A DNA stretch of 64,000 bases from Bacteriovoracaceae bacterium. GTDB taxonomy: Bacteria > Bdellovibrionota > Bacteriovoracia > Bacteriovoracales > Bacteriovoracaceae. A model generated the notes under the pieces. The model ran no database searches, was not told where the DNA came from, and was given only the letters and a program-made list of their open reading frames with translations. Shown here in pieces: positions 39,200 to 49,302 of the stretch (positions within the stretch are counted from its first letter, which is position 1; every line of letters starts with the position of its first letter). Where the stretch lies: positions 1,056,001 to 1,120,000 of the forward strand of contig JBLWTJ010000001.1 of assembly GCA_048270185.1 (NCBI GenBank), read 5' to 3'. Both the position numbers and the translations under genes were made by a program.

Positions 39200-39843
39200 T
39201 TATCATCCTTAAAGAATTTTTTAAATTCTAGGTATTGCTCGTGATTATTATAGTCTAAAAAATCGTTTTTTGCGAGGTCGGCCAAATTATGATTTCCCCA
39301 ATAAAAATCATCGTTAATACCAAAAGTTGGTACACCAAAAACACCTCGTTCAAATGCTTCATTAATCTTAGCTTTTAATTCTTTTTTTAACACTCGATCT
39401 TGCTCGAGTTCATCAAATTTTTCTAAAGTTAAACAATTTTTAATAATATAATCTTTAAAGTGATCATAATCTTCGTAATCAAATCCTTCTTGCCAGCCAT
39501 ACTTAAATGTTTCGACAATAAAACTTCTTTGCAATTCCCTATTAGATTCAAGACCTAGGGCCATACGTAGGTATGGAAGTGAATTAAATGGAAGCGTTCT
39601 TGGAAAAGTTAACTTTACTCCAAGTGAGTCAGCGGCCCTTAGGGCCTCTTTATAAAGATATAAAGCTTTATTTTTTACTTGTGCAGGAGCACTCATTTCA
39701 TTTAATGAAAAGAGTCTTCCTACCATAACAGGACAGTAATCGATCTCATATTTAGCATCTAAAATACCATCATTAATTTGTAACATACTCAGGTAAGAAT
39801 ATGGTGAAGTGAAGTCGAAGTAGAAATTGAGTCTTTTTTTCAT
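39196..39843 (-). CDS. DsbA-family / 2-hydroxychromene-2-carboxylate isomerase-like (GST kappa)
   Basis: FYFDFTSPYSY, PFNS, GVFGVPTF, WG. Confidence 0.85.
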   Translation of the reverse strand: MKKRLNFYFDFTSPYSYLSMLQINDGILDAKYEIDYCPVMVGRLFSLNEMSAPAQVKNKALYLYKEALRAADSLGVKLTFPRTLPFNSLPYLRMALGLESNRELQRSFIVETFKYGWQEGFDYEDYDHFKDYIIKNCLTLEKFDELEQDRVLKKELKAKINEAFERGVFGVPTFGINDDFYWGNHNLADLAKNDFLDYNNHEQYLEFKKFFKDDK

Positions 39844-39888
39844 AATTCCAGTAAAGTTATTTAAAAATGTTAATAAAAACTATATATT

Positions 39889-41742
39889 ATGCCTGTGAGA
39901 AGCACCCTATTTAAATTTATCATCACCTTTGCGGTTGTGGCAATTCGAATTGCCCATGCTTCCCCTCCCCTTGAACTTAGTGAAAACCTAACGTCAACAA
40001 AGAGTATTGGCCACCATATCGAATATAAGATTTCTAATGAGAAAGATTATAGTCCAGAAGGTTTCAAATCTAATAAAAATGATGTCATTAATGCAGGCTA
40101 TATACAACGGCCAATTTGGCTACGAATCAATATATCTAATAGAACGTCAACAAAACAAAAACGAATTATTCATTTGAGTTCTGGCCTACTCTTATTTGAC
40201 CAAGTCTTGGCTATAAAGGGAAAAGAGCATCGAAAAATTTCTTTTGGTAACGATCGTCCATTTGAGATATTCAATGCTTTTAAAATAGAGTTAAATCCTC
40301 ACTCTTCCATGACCTATGTCATTAAAATAAGCACCCTCAATCGAATTGAAACAGAAGTTTTACTCCATTCAGAAGACGACTTTATTAAGAAAGAATCGGC
40401 TTTCTTCATTCTTAATTCCGTATATGTTGCAATACTTCTGACACTATTTATTTATAACCTGATTCTCTACTTCCTTATGAAAGAGAAAGCTTATCTTATA
40501 TATTCTTCATTTATCTTTTCAATGATCATTACAGTAACCACAATTACAGGCTTTCTTACTCATATATTTGCAGGAGGGTTGATCGCCAAGTACCTAGGCG
40601 TCTTCGCCTACATTTCAATTATCTTCTCGTATCTCTTTGCAGACGAACTACTTGATTTTAAAAAAGTAAATACCAAAATCTTTGAAATTATAAAGAGAGT
40701 TTTCTTCGTTATTGCGATCATTGGCTCAACCGGAATCATTATTCCAGGACTTGATCCTTATAATATGTATATTGGATATTTTATCGATTTTACAGTAATG
40801 CTCATGTTCGCTTTCTTGTTAGGGGCAACGGTTTATATAAATAAAACCAGGCCAACAATTGAAGCCAAGGTGTATTTATTATCATGGATAATTCTATATA
40901 TTAGTGCAATTACTTACTTTGTTTCGATATATGGTTTTTTAAGCTTAAACTTTTTCACACAAAACCTTCTAATCTTTGGAAATATTTTTGAAGTTTTCAC
41001 CGTCTCAATTGCTCTAGGCTTAAAGGTTAATCGTATTTCAAGAGAAAACGAGATTAGACTATTAAAGAATCAGGACCAGCAAAAGTACATTAGACTTCTA
41101 AGAGTTCTTTCTCACGATATTGCAAATTCACTCTTTATTATTTCAGGGTATGCAAGTCGCTACCTAAGGCGAGGAAGTGTTGATAATGAAAAAGTGTGGC
41201 CAAAAGTTCATTCTGCTTGCCTCCATATAAAAGGAATTCTCGACAACGTTAAGTCAGAGCAGGCCCTGATAAATAATAACCCAAAGTTGAACGATTTTAC
41301 TCTAAAGAAGCTTTTTGAAGATATTGAACTGATCTTTTCAAGTCAATGTGATCAAAAGAATATTAGACTAAATTTAAACCTTGAGAACCCAGATGTGGTT
41401 ATACACTCTAATCAGACAATGCTTGCTCACCAAATAATTGGTAATATCATTTCTAATTCTATAAAGTTCACTCCAAAGAATGGTGTTATTAGTGTTAATT
41501 CAATTACAAATGAAGACTCCTACCAAATCCTAATCAAAGATAATGGAATTGGTATGACTAAGGAGACCTTAAGTAAAATAAATCGCCATATTGATACAGG
41601 AATAAGCTATGGAACAATGGGTGAAAAAGGCACTGGGTTTGGTTATTTTATCATTAGATCCTATGCAAAACTTCTCAATATTAGGTTTTCAATAGAAAGT
41701 GATCCATCGGGTACCGATGTTACTCTCTATATACCAAAATGA
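39889..41742 (+). CDS. 7TMR-DISM sensor histidine kinase
   Basis: Periplasmic DISM-like domain, 7 TM with YNL..Y...KE.AY..Y, SHDIAN, SNSIKFT, DNGIG, GTGFG. Confidence 0.88.
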   Translation: MPVRSTLFKFIITFAVVAIRIAHASPPLELSENLTSTKSIGHHIEYKISNEKDYSPEGFKSNKNDVINAGYIQRPIWLRINISNRTSTKQKRIIHLSSGLLLFDQVLAIKGKEHRKISFGNDRPFEIFNAFKIELNPHSSMTYVIKISTLNRIETEVLLHSEDDFIKKESAFFILNSVYVAILLTLFIYNLILYFLMKEKAYLIYSSFIFSMIITVTTITGFLTHIFAGGLIAKYLGVFAYISIIFSYLFADELLDFKKVNTKIFEIIKRVFFVIAIIGSTGIIIPGLDPYNMYIGYFIDFTVMLMFAFLLGATVYINKTRPTIEAKVYLLSWIILYISAITYFVSIYGFLSLNFFTQNLLIFGNIFEVFTVSIALGLKVNRISRENEIRLLKNQDQQKYIRLLRVLSHDIANSLFIISGYASRYLRRGSVDNEKVWPKVHSACLHIKGILDNVKSEQALINNNPKLNDFTLKKLFEDIELIFSSQCDQKNIRLNLNLENPDVVIHSNQTMLAHQIIGNIISNSIKFTPKNGVISVNSITNEDSYQILIKDNGIGMTKETLSKINRHIDTGISYGTMGEKGTGFGYFIIRSYAKLLNIRFSIESDPSGTDVTLYIPK

Positions 41743-41822
41743 TCAGCTATTCCCCCTATTGTTTATATCGTGAAAAGCAAATAGAATTATTATAGGAATA
41801 ATAATTACTTAGCTAGGAATAT

Positions 41823-42761
41823 ATGAATTTCTTTCCGATACGTATATCAACGATTGATCCTCAAAAGGCCATTACTTTTGACCTCTACATATATTTTAAA
41901 GAGACATATCTTAAGTACCAAGAAGAAGGTACTCCTATAACTGATGATAAACTTGAAAAATTAAAGAACCAACAAGTTGCTAAGTTCTATATTCAAAGTT
42001 CAGATATTGATATTTATCAAGCTTATATCGACGAGTTGATGCAAGAAAAAATGCAATCTCCAGATACAAGCCTTGAGGATCAGGTCACTCTAATTGACGG
42101 TGCTTGTAAGACGGCCATTGAACAATCAATGAATAATCCAGAAAGTGAATCTTCTTTTAATATTACTCAAGCGGCGGCCGGACAATTAAAGAAAGTTTTA
42201 TCAACTAATCCTGATGCATTAAAGAAGTTCTTTGAAAAGAAAACCATCGATACAGATCTTATTATTGAGCACTCAATGAACGTTGCTTCTCTAGCAACAA
42301 GACTAGCGATACGCATCGGCTGTAGTGATAGTGAGATTTCAAATATTGCTTCAGCAAGTTTACTTCACGATGTTGGAATTACAAGACTTAATAAAAATGA
42401 CCAGAACCTTTTTAAGAAAACAAAAGAAAGCCTTGATGATGATGAGAAAAGAGTTTACGGACTTCATGTAAAGGATGCGATTAGTGCATTAAAAGATATG
42501 CCATGGATTCCAAAAGAAGTCTTAAGTCTTATCGTTAATCATGAGGAAGTTAATGGTGGATCAGGGCCAAATAAGTTAGTAAAACTGACTTTACCTATTA
42601 TGATCCTCTCACTTGTAAATACGTACGATAAACTTGTAACAATTAATCAAATGAATCCACGAGATGCACTGATGGAGTTAACTCTTACTCATGTTGATCA
42701 CTATGAGCACGATGTAATTAATAAATTTAAGGATATACTAATTGATGAAGGTATTGTTTAG
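41823..42761 (+). CDS. HD-GYP-like domain protein
   Basis: EHSMNVA, LLHDVG, HEEVNGGSGP, YD. Confidence 0.82.
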   Translation: MNFFPIRISTIDPQKAITFDLYIYFKETYLKYQEEGTPITDDKLEKLKNQQVAKFYIQSSDIDIYQAYIDELMQEKMQSPDTSLEDQVTLIDGACKTAIEQSMNNPESESSFNITQAAAGQLKKVLSTNPDALKKFFEKKTIDTDLIIEHSMNVASLATRLAIRIGCSDSEISNIASASLLHDVGITRLNKNDQNLFKKTKESLDDDEKRVYGLHVKDAISALKDMPWIPKEVLSLIVNHEEVNGGSGPNKLVKLTLPIMILSLVNTYDKLVTINQMNPRDALMELTLTHVDHYEHDVINKFKDILIDEGIV

Positions 42762-43074
42762 CTTTTTAATTTTAATAGTGACTTCAACACTTCTCTACTC
42801 TTGTGAGTCGAAGATTGTTAATGAAGAAACCTGCGACCTTGAATCAATGAAGTGTTATCGCGGCTATCCTCACTCTTGTGACTTCATCAAAAAATGTACT
42901 GGTGTTGAACATAAATTTACCAAGAAGCTCTGTTCAAAAGCTTTTAATGAACTCTATATGGGTGGAAACTCAAAGGCCGTCATAGAAACATACACACCAA
43001 AAATACTTCACTGTTTCAACGATAAGGAATTTATTAATTTCAATATTGATAAGAAGTTAAGACCCAAAGAGTGA
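42745..43074 (+). CDS. Cys-rich lipoprotein
   Basis: Lipobox LLYS-C; six further Cys. Confidence 0.6.
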   Translation: MKVLFSFLILIVTSTLLYSCESKIVNEETCDLESMKCYRGYPHSCDFIKKCTGVEHKFTKKLCSKAFNELYMGGNSKAVIETYTPKILHCFNDKEFINFNIDKKLRPKE

Positions 43075-43455
43075 CAATCGAAGTCTTTTTAAAAAAGAAC
43101 GATGTGTTTTAATTCGCTTCTTTGTCTTAATAGCATGTTTAGTATCATGCATCGTTTGAAACTCACGCTCTCTATTATCGATATATTGCTTTAACTCTAA
43201 CTCTTTTTGAGGGTCAATAAAGTTCTCTCTAAGACTCTTTGCATATTCATCATTCTTTTGAGTTACTTCCTTGGCCTTCTTAAGAGCAAGACTTGCAACT
43301 GTACTCTTTTGAGATTGAGTGATTCCTTCCCAAGGACGTTGTTGCTTATCATTTGGAATGCTATTTTCGACTTCAGAAGTAATTATCTCTTCAATAATTA
43401 CTTCCTTCTTCTTTATTTCTTTCTTCGTATTAAGATCACTTAATCCAATGGCCAT
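43057..43455 (-). CDS. Hypothetical ParA-partner protein
   Basis: Starts 2 nt after the parA-like stop; charged helical; amphipathic C-terminus. Confidence 0.65.
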   Translation of the reverse strand: MAIGLSDLNTKKEIKKKEVIIEEIITSEVENSIPNDKQQRPWEGITQSQKSTVASLALKKAKEVTQKNDEYAKSLRENFIDPQKELELKQYIDNREREFQTMHDTKHAIKTKKRIKTHRSFLKRLRLSLFGS

Positions 43456-43457
43456 AA

Positions 43458-44564
43458 TTAGAACCTACTTCCTAAATTTCCAAGTTTAGAATGAGCTATA
43501 CCACCAAGAACTCTTGCTTGGTAACCATTATTTAAATTAAGTTGAGCTTGCTTATCATGATGATTAGTTATGGCCTCATGAATTTGCTTGAAAAGACTTA
43601 CTGTATCCTTAGCAATGGCCTTTCCTCCTACATGTTCACAAATCGAAAGATTAAGCGCCATGGCCTCTTCAGCACTAACAGACTCTTTGATCCCAACACT
43701 TGTACAGCCTTCAACATTATCAAAGTACCAATTGAGAATATCATTACTTAGTTTCTTATTTGTTGAATACTTTGTCGGAACAAAAATCGATTCAAAATTT
43801 AGCTGCATCTCAGATTTGAATTCATTTAAGAAATGCGAGAAAACTCTGAAGTTTCTAAAGTTATTTATCTTACACTCAAGTGGTGAAACAAGAGCATCAC
43901 AGGCCACGAGTGCATTCGTTGTTAGTTTATTCCAATTTGGCGAACAATCCATGATGATAAGATCAAAGTGTTCCTTCAGTGGATCAATAACACGTTCTTT
44001 AAGCCAGAACTCTCGACGATTAATATTATTAAGAGAATCATTCAGGGCCACAAGCTCTGGTGTCTCTGGAATAATAAAGAGGTTTGGAAGACCTACCTGA
44101 ACGATAACTTCATCAAGAGTTGCCTCCCCACTAAAGTAATCACAAAGGCCCTTCGTTTGATCAAGCCTTTGAATAAGTTCATCTAGGTTTCCATCGTCAG
44201 AATCTGATTCAAAACCAAGTGATGTTGTCACATCCCCTTGTATATCGAGACCCACAACACAAACTCGCTGGCCATGCAGAGCGGCCGTACGGGCAAGATT
44301 TAGAGCTAGCGTTGATTTAAGAACACCACCTTTAGTTGTGAAAACACAAACAGAAGTCGGTTTATCGAATTTCTTAAAGTAGCCTATTTTTTCACCAATT
44401 TGTGGAAGTAATTGAGTTGGCCATCCCTTTCTAAAAATAGCACCACTACGATATTTACGAGAAGATGGAATCTCCCCTGAAGACTCTAAGTCCTGAATAT
44501 TAAATTTTAAATTAGGATCACCATATAGATCGGCCACTTTTTTAAGTGGGTAGAAATTATCCAT
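43458..44564 (-). CDS. ParA-family ATPase with N-terminal HTH-like extension
   Basis: KGGVLKST deviant Walker A, LDIQG, IIMDCSP Walker B, NALVACD. Confidence 0.9.
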   Translation of the reverse strand: MDNFYPLKKVADLYGDPNLKFNIQDLESSGEIPSSRKYRSGAIFRKGWPTQLLPQIGEKIGYFKKFDKPTSVCVFTTKGGVLKSTLALNLARTAALHGQRVCVVGLDIQGDVTTSLGFESDSDDGNLDELIQRLDQTKGLCDYFSGEATLDEVIVQVGLPNLFIIPETPELVALNDSLNNINRREFWLKERVIDPLKEHFDLIIMDCSPNWNKLTTNALVACDALVSPLECKINNFRNFRVFSHFLNEFKSEMQLNFESIFVPTKYSTNKKLSNDILNWYFDNVEGCTSVGIKESVSAEEAMALNLSICEHVGGKAIAKDTVSLFKQIHEAITNHHDKQAQLNLNNGYQARVLGGIAHSKLGNLGSRF

Positions 44565-44669
44565 TATTAAGTCTCCTCCATAAGTACTTTAACTATAATT
44601 TTAAGCATTTAGTACAAACTGTGTCAAAAAAATCATACTCTAAAGGTTTGGACATGATACTATTGTGAA

Positions 44670-45203
44670 GTGGAAGCACTAGCACTGGATCATATTTACG
44701 ATTTCCATGGAAATAAGGCCCTTATTCGAGAGATTAATGCCTTTGATAAGCGCCTACTGCTGGAAGGCCTTCATGAAATGGAACCAAAATCTATTTATCA
44801 CCGCTTTTTCGCTGCCAAAAAAGGTCTCACGGCAAAAGAACTCATTAATCTAACTGAATTTGATCGCAATCTTCACTATGCCATCGGTGCAGTGACGGCA
44901 ACGACTCCTGTTCACCCAATGGGCACGGCCCGTTTTCACATCTTACAAGATGATAAAACTAGCGCAGAATTTGCAGTGACAATTATCGATAAGTATCAAG
45001 GTATGGGGCTGGGTAAAGAGTTACTTGGAATGCTCATTACTGAGGCCAAGAACCGTGGCATAAGAACACTTAGTGGGGATATGCTAACAACAAATACTCA
45101 GATGATCGCCTTGGCCCACTCAGTGGCCAAGACACATAATTGCAGAGTAAAACTCGTAAGCACTGAACCTGGGGTTCAAAAACTTACACTAAGCCTAGGC
45201 TAA
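44670..45203 (+). CDS. GNAT acetyltransferase (Pat-like GNAT domain)
   Basis: S.Y.RFF, AEFAV.I.D.YQG.GLG, N..M..LA. Confidence 0.88.
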   Translation: MEALALDHIYDFHGNKALIREINAFDKRLLLEGLHEMEPKSIYHRFFAAKKGLTAKELINLTEFDRNLHYAIGAVTATTPVHPMGTARFHILQDDKTSAEFAVTIIDKYQGMGLGKELLGMLITEAKNRGIRTLSGDMLTTNTQMIALAHSVAKTHNCRVKLVSTEPGVQKLTLSLG

Positions 45204-45209
45204 TAAAGC

Positions 45210-46487
45210 CTAAGAATGTTTTCCCTTTAATTTCTCTTTTCCGGCCATATATGGACGAAGGGCCTCTGGAACATAAACACCACCGTCTTCTTGTTGGTGA
45301 TTTTCAATGAATGGAACAAGAATTCTTGGCGTCGCAACCATTGTATTATTTAGAGTGAAGACATGTTGTACATTTCCATCAGCATCACGGTAGCGAGTAT
45401 TTGTTCTTCTTGCTTGCCAATCATGGAGCGCCGAACACGAGTGCGTTTCACGGTATTTTTCTTCACTTGGTACCCAACACTCAATATCGTACATACGATA
45501 CTTACCTGCTCCCATATCTCCTGTACAAACTTCAAGGATTTGGTATGGAAGCTCTAGTTTCTTACAGAATTCTTCAGCAGTTTCAAGAAGTGCCTTGTGC
45601 CATTTTTCAGACTCAGCTGCATCTCCCTTACAAATTACAAATTGCTCTGTTTTTTGGAATTGGTGAACACGAATAAGACCTTTTACATCCTTACCGTAAC
45701 TTCCCGCTTCTCCCCTAAAACATGGCGAAAAACCAGCATATAGAATAGGCAGATCACTTTCATTTAAAATCTCTCCACCATGAAGGCTATTAAGCTGAAC
45801 TTCAGCAGTTCCAGAGAGATAGATATCGTGCTCAGGAATATAGTAAGCATCATCACGTCCAGTTGGAAAATGTCCTGTTCCGTAAAGAGCATCTTCTCTT
45901 GCCATTGAAGGAGAAGATACAAGAGTAAATCCTTTTTCAATTAGCATATCTAATGCCATACGGTGCATGGCCATCTCAAGAAGAACCATATCATTTCTCA
46001 AAGAATATGAACGTGATCCACAAACCTTTGCGATATTTTTAAATTCGGCCCACTCATTCATTTCAAGAATTTCAACGTGGTGCTTTGGAGTAAATGAGAA
46101 ATTTGGCTTCTCACCTTCTACTCGTGAGATAACATTCTCACTATCATCTTTTCCAATTGGTGCATCTTTACTTGGAACCATTGGCACAAGGTACATTAGA
46201 TTTTTAAGCTTATCTTCAAGCTCATTAATTTCAGGGTTCATATCCTTAAGTTCATTTGCAATTTCTTTACCTTCTGCAATTAACTTAGGGCGATCTTCAT
46301 TTGAAGCTTGAGGGATTAACTTCGAGTGAGCATTTCTCTTCTCTTGTAAATCTTGTTGCTTTGATTTTAATTCAGAGAGACTAGCGTCAATTGACAGTAG
46401 TTCATCAAGATCAAGACCTACACGCTTATTTGCGATAACATCTTTCATTAACTCAACATTTTCTCTGATAAATTTAATATCTAACAT
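45210..46487 (-). CDS. serS: Serine--tRNA ligase
   Basis: MLDIKFIREN, GTAE, FR.EAGSYGKD..GLIRVHQF.K.E, YRETHSCS, TLNNT. Confidence 0.97.
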   Translation of the reverse strand: MLDIKFIRENVELMKDVIANKRVGLDLDELLSIDASLSELKSKQQDLQEKRNAHSKLIPQASNEDRPKLIAEGKEIANELKDMNPEINELEDKLKNLMYLVPMVPSKDAPIGKDDSENVISRVEGEKPNFSFTPKHHVEILEMNEWAEFKNIAKVCGSRSYSLRNDMVLLEMAMHRMALDMLIEKGFTLVSSPSMAREDALYGTGHFPTGRDDAYYIPEHDIYLSGTAEVQLNSLHGGEILNESDLPILYAGFSPCFRGEAGSYGKDVKGLIRVHQFQKTEQFVICKGDAAESEKWHKALLETAEEFCKKLELPYQILEVCTGDMGAGKYRMYDIECWVPSEEKYRETHSCSALHDWQARRTNTRYRDADGNVQHVFTLNNTMVATPRILVPFIENHQQEDGGVYVPEALRPYMAGKEKLKGKHS

Positions 46488-46580
46488 TTGTACTCCAAAT
46501 TGAATTTTTATGGTTGTTAGAATACCTTAAAATCACTAAAATGGACACTTTAAATTAGCGGGCAAATCAAGGAGTTACTC

Positions 46581-46787
46581 ATGGCATCATGTCGTTATTG
46601 CGGTAAAGAAATTACGTGGATGAAAGACGGAAGAAAGAATGTACCAGTCGAAGGAGACGGTGGTATTCACAAGTGTGACAATATGATTAATGCGCGTAAG
46701 AGTTTTAGAAAAATTACTCCAACAGAAGTTGATCCAGAGCTTTTAAAGCAATATGAAAATGCGATTAACGAGAAGGCCAAAAAATAA
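46581..46787 (+). CDS. Small zinc-ribbon protein
   Basis: CRYCG.EI.W...PV...HKC; AAGGAG RBS. Confidence 0.72.
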   Translation: MASCRYCGKEITWMKDGRKNVPVEGDGGIHKCDNMINARKSFRKITPTEVDPELLKQYENAINEKAKK

Positions 46788-47544
46788 TTAAGGCGCCAAT
46801 TAAAATCATAACGGCACAGTAAATCTGACCAATTGATAAGGCCCCCATAATAAGACCGATTTGCGGATCTGGGGTGCGAAAGAATTCCACAATGAATCGC
46901 CCCAGGCCATAGATAATTAGAAAGAGGCCAGAGTTTAACTTAGGCTTTTTTAAATTCTTCTTTAGTCCAAATAAAATCAAAAATAAGACAAGCCCTTCGA
47001 GGGCCGCTTCATAAAGTTGCGATGGATGGCGAGGATTCATATCATAGAGCTTTGGAAAAACCACGGCCCACGAAATATCTGTAACTCTCCCCGCAAGCTC
47101 ACCATTAATAAAGTTTGCGATACGGCCAAACATTATAGCTGGCCCAACAGAAGTCACAACAATATCAGTTAAGCGAAAGAATTCTATTTGATTTTTACGA
47201 CAGTAGAACCAAGTCCATAAAGCACCGCCAAGTAGGGCCCCGTGAAAACTCATCCCACCCTGCCAAAAATAAAGAACGCGTGAAAAGTCTTTGGCATAGT
47301 AAGAGTAATTATAAAAAAGAATATAGAATAGCTTCCCTCCAGCAAGCATCACAAAGAAGCCAGCAAAGAGGTAGTTCAAGTATTGTAGTGGAGTTACTTT
47401 TAAGTTTTGAGACTTAATTAGGTATTGACCGAAATAGAGTGTCCAAAAGTAGCCAAGAAAGTAGGCCAGCCAATACCAAGCGATTTTAATCCCGAAGAGA
47501 TCAATTGCTATGGGATTTAAATCGTGGACATAGAATTGTTGCAT
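46765..47544 (-). CDS. lgt: Prolipoprotein diacylglyceryl transferase
   Basis: WQGGMSFHG, GRIANFINGEL.GR, RHPSQLYE, RF.VEFFR.PD. Confidence 0.97.
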   Translation of the reverse strand: MQQFYVHDLNPIAIDLFGIKIAWYWLAYFLGYFWTLYFGQYLIKSQNLKVTPLQYLNYLFAGFFVMLAGGKLFYILFYNYSYYAKDFSRVLYFWQGGMSFHGALLGGALWTWFYCRKNQIEFFRLTDIVVTSVGPAIMFGRIANFINGELAGRVTDISWAVVFPKLYDMNPRHPSQLYEAALEGLVLFLILFGLKKNLKKPKLNSGLFLIIYGLGRFIVEFFRTPDPQIGLIMGALSIGQIYCAVMILIGALIIFWPSR

Positions 47545-47547
47545 TTA

Positions 47548-48036
47548 TTAGTTTGCCGTTAAATTAGAAAGTAACTTATTACATTCACTAATTAAATTAT
47601 CCATGTGTTTATCTTCAATTGCAAATCTCTGTTTATCTTGGGAAAAGCGATCTTGCTTTGAAAGGTCTTTTCGATTCTGATGGGTATCAAAGTGCTTAAT
47701 CTCTTCATACATTGAAAAGATAATTGGAAAGTCTTCATTTTCAACGAAGTCGATACGATCAATGAGCATACGAAGACGAATACAGGCCTCACTAGCTTCA
47801 CATTGTTTTTGAACAAAAGCGCGAGCAATTGTAATAAGGCTATCGCGAACAAAGGCCTGGCGCTCTTTCTCACGAGCTTCTCTTTGAGCTTCCATTTTAT
47901 CGTGTTCTGCAATTTTCTTTTTAGTCTCTTGCTTAAGCTTGATATAGAAGTAACCTACTCCAATTGAGAGGATGAAAACGAGGGCCGACAAAACAATAAA
48001 TGCGATATAGAATTGGTCTTGAGTCATATTATTCAT
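47548..48036 (-). CDS. DUF2489-like membrane-anchored protein
   Basis: TM helix, coiled coil, QCEASEACIR, TH..RK.L; start moved to ATG 48036. Confidence 0.75.
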   Translation of the reverse strand: MNNMTQDQFYIAFIVLSALVFILSIGVGYFYIKLKQETKKKIAEHDKMEAQREAREKERQAFVRDSLITIARAFVQKQCEASEACIRLRMLIDRIDFVENEDFPIIFSMYEEIKHFDTHQNRKDLSKQDRFSQDKQRFAIEDKHMDNLISECNKLLSNLTAN

Positions 48037-48058
48037 AGGCTTCTTATACTGCGAATTG

Positions 48059-48967
48059 CTACATATGGCTAGGCTTTGGGGGATATGTTCCCGCAGGAGC
48101 CTCATCAAACCACTTCTTCACCTGAGAGACGATAAGTGCTTGATCTTTGGGTAGTGATCCTCCAATGGGGTACATATTTGAGACGTGATTAATCCTTAGA
48201 AGAATATCTCTTTGAGGCACAAGCCCCGCCAAAATATCATGCATTTCCCCTAGGATTTCCTTAACCGTTAGCATCTCAAAACCTCTTTGAACCATACGAT
48301 AATAGGGAGTTCCCTCCACTGCCATCGTCGTTAAAAAAGATAGGTAGTCAGGTGAAATATCAGATAAGACCTTTGCCGTCTCATTTACATGACTCTCAGT
48401 ATGCTTTTTGCCCCCAAGCCCTAACATAGCGATGACAGAAAGCTGCATACCTGCGCCCATCACTTTCCTAGAACCATCGATCATATCTTGGGCCGAATTT
48501 CCCTTAACCGTCATATGAAGAACTTTGTCACATCCGGACTCCATCCCAAGGTAGGCTATCCCTAGGCCTGCATCCTTTAGAAAACGTAGCTCCTCGTCTG
48601 TTTTATCCAGCATATTTTGGGCCGTGGCATAGACACCAACTCGAATATCACCAAATTCCTCTTTAATGGCCAATAGGCTCTTATAGAGATCTTCAGTTGG
48701 GGCACCCAGAGCATCACCATCACATAAAAATACTTTAGATGGCCTCATTTCAAATCGTCGATAATAGGCTCCCGCCTGACGAATATCGTTAATAACCTCG
48801 GACGAGTTTCGCTCTTTATACGTCTTAGATCGATACATATTGCAATAAGTACATTTATTATTGGAGCAACCGATGGTTTGTTGTATAAGGAGAGAGCGCC
48901 CCTCAGAAGGTGGCCTAAAAACTGGTTCATGATACTTGATTGGAAAATCATAATTAAAAATGCTCAT
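48059..48967 (-). CDS. Radical SAM protein
   Basis: FRPPSE, GCSNNKCTYC.MY, FLCDGDAL, GMESG, NHVSN. Confidence 0.9.
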   Translation of the reverse strand: MSIFNYDFPIKYHEPVFRPPSEGRSLLIQQTIGCSNNKCTYCNMYRSKTYKERNSSEVINDIRQAGAYYRRFEMRPSKVFLCDGDALGAPTEDLYKSLLAIKEEFGDIRVGVYATAQNMLDKTDEELRFLKDAGLGIAYLGMESGCDKVLHMTVKGNSAQDMIDGSRKVMGAGMQLSVIAMLGLGGKKHTESHVNETAKVLSDISPDYLSFLTTMAVEGTPYYRMVQRGFEMLTVKEILGEMHDILAGLVPQRDILLRINHVSNMYPIGGSLPKDQALIVSQVKKWFDEAPAGTYPPKPSHM

Positions 48968-48996
48968 GGGCCTAGCTTAAAATAATTAGGTTAAAT

Positions 48997-49299
48997 ATGA
49001 AAGAATATATCATCGATTCCTATAGTGAAAAATTCCTAGTGACCCTAAGTGAAGGAGCAGAGTTTAGTATTCTTTGCGATACCCACTCAATTGCCCACCA
49101 CTTGGCCCTGTCGCTTAATCTCGGCACAATGGAAACTCCAGTACAAAACCCTGATCTCTTTACGCTTATTGGTAAGGTCAAAGGTTTAAATACATATAGC
49201 TTGTCACTTACGACTCCAAATATGCGTATCGATGACGATGCGGATTTCAACGATTGTTGCCAAAGCGGATGCAGTGGCTGCCCTTATTTCAACGGATAA
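48997..49299 (+). CDS. Small protein with C-terminal CCxSGCxxCPY motif
   Basis: DCCQSGCSGCPY. Confidence 0.6.
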   Translation: MKEYIIDSYSEKFLVTLSEGAEFSILCDTHSIAHHLALSLNLGTMETPVQNPDLFTLIGKVKGLNTYSLSLTTPNMRIDDDADFNDCCQSGCSGCPYFNG

Positions 49300-49302
49300 T
49301 TA

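Noticed and set aside
43588..44100. 170-aa plus-strand ORF
   Set aside because: Antisense shadow inside the ParA gene; no motif
48820..48880. Radical SAM motif spaced CX4CX2C
   Set aside because: GCSxNKCxxC spacing is usual for this subfamily as I recall it
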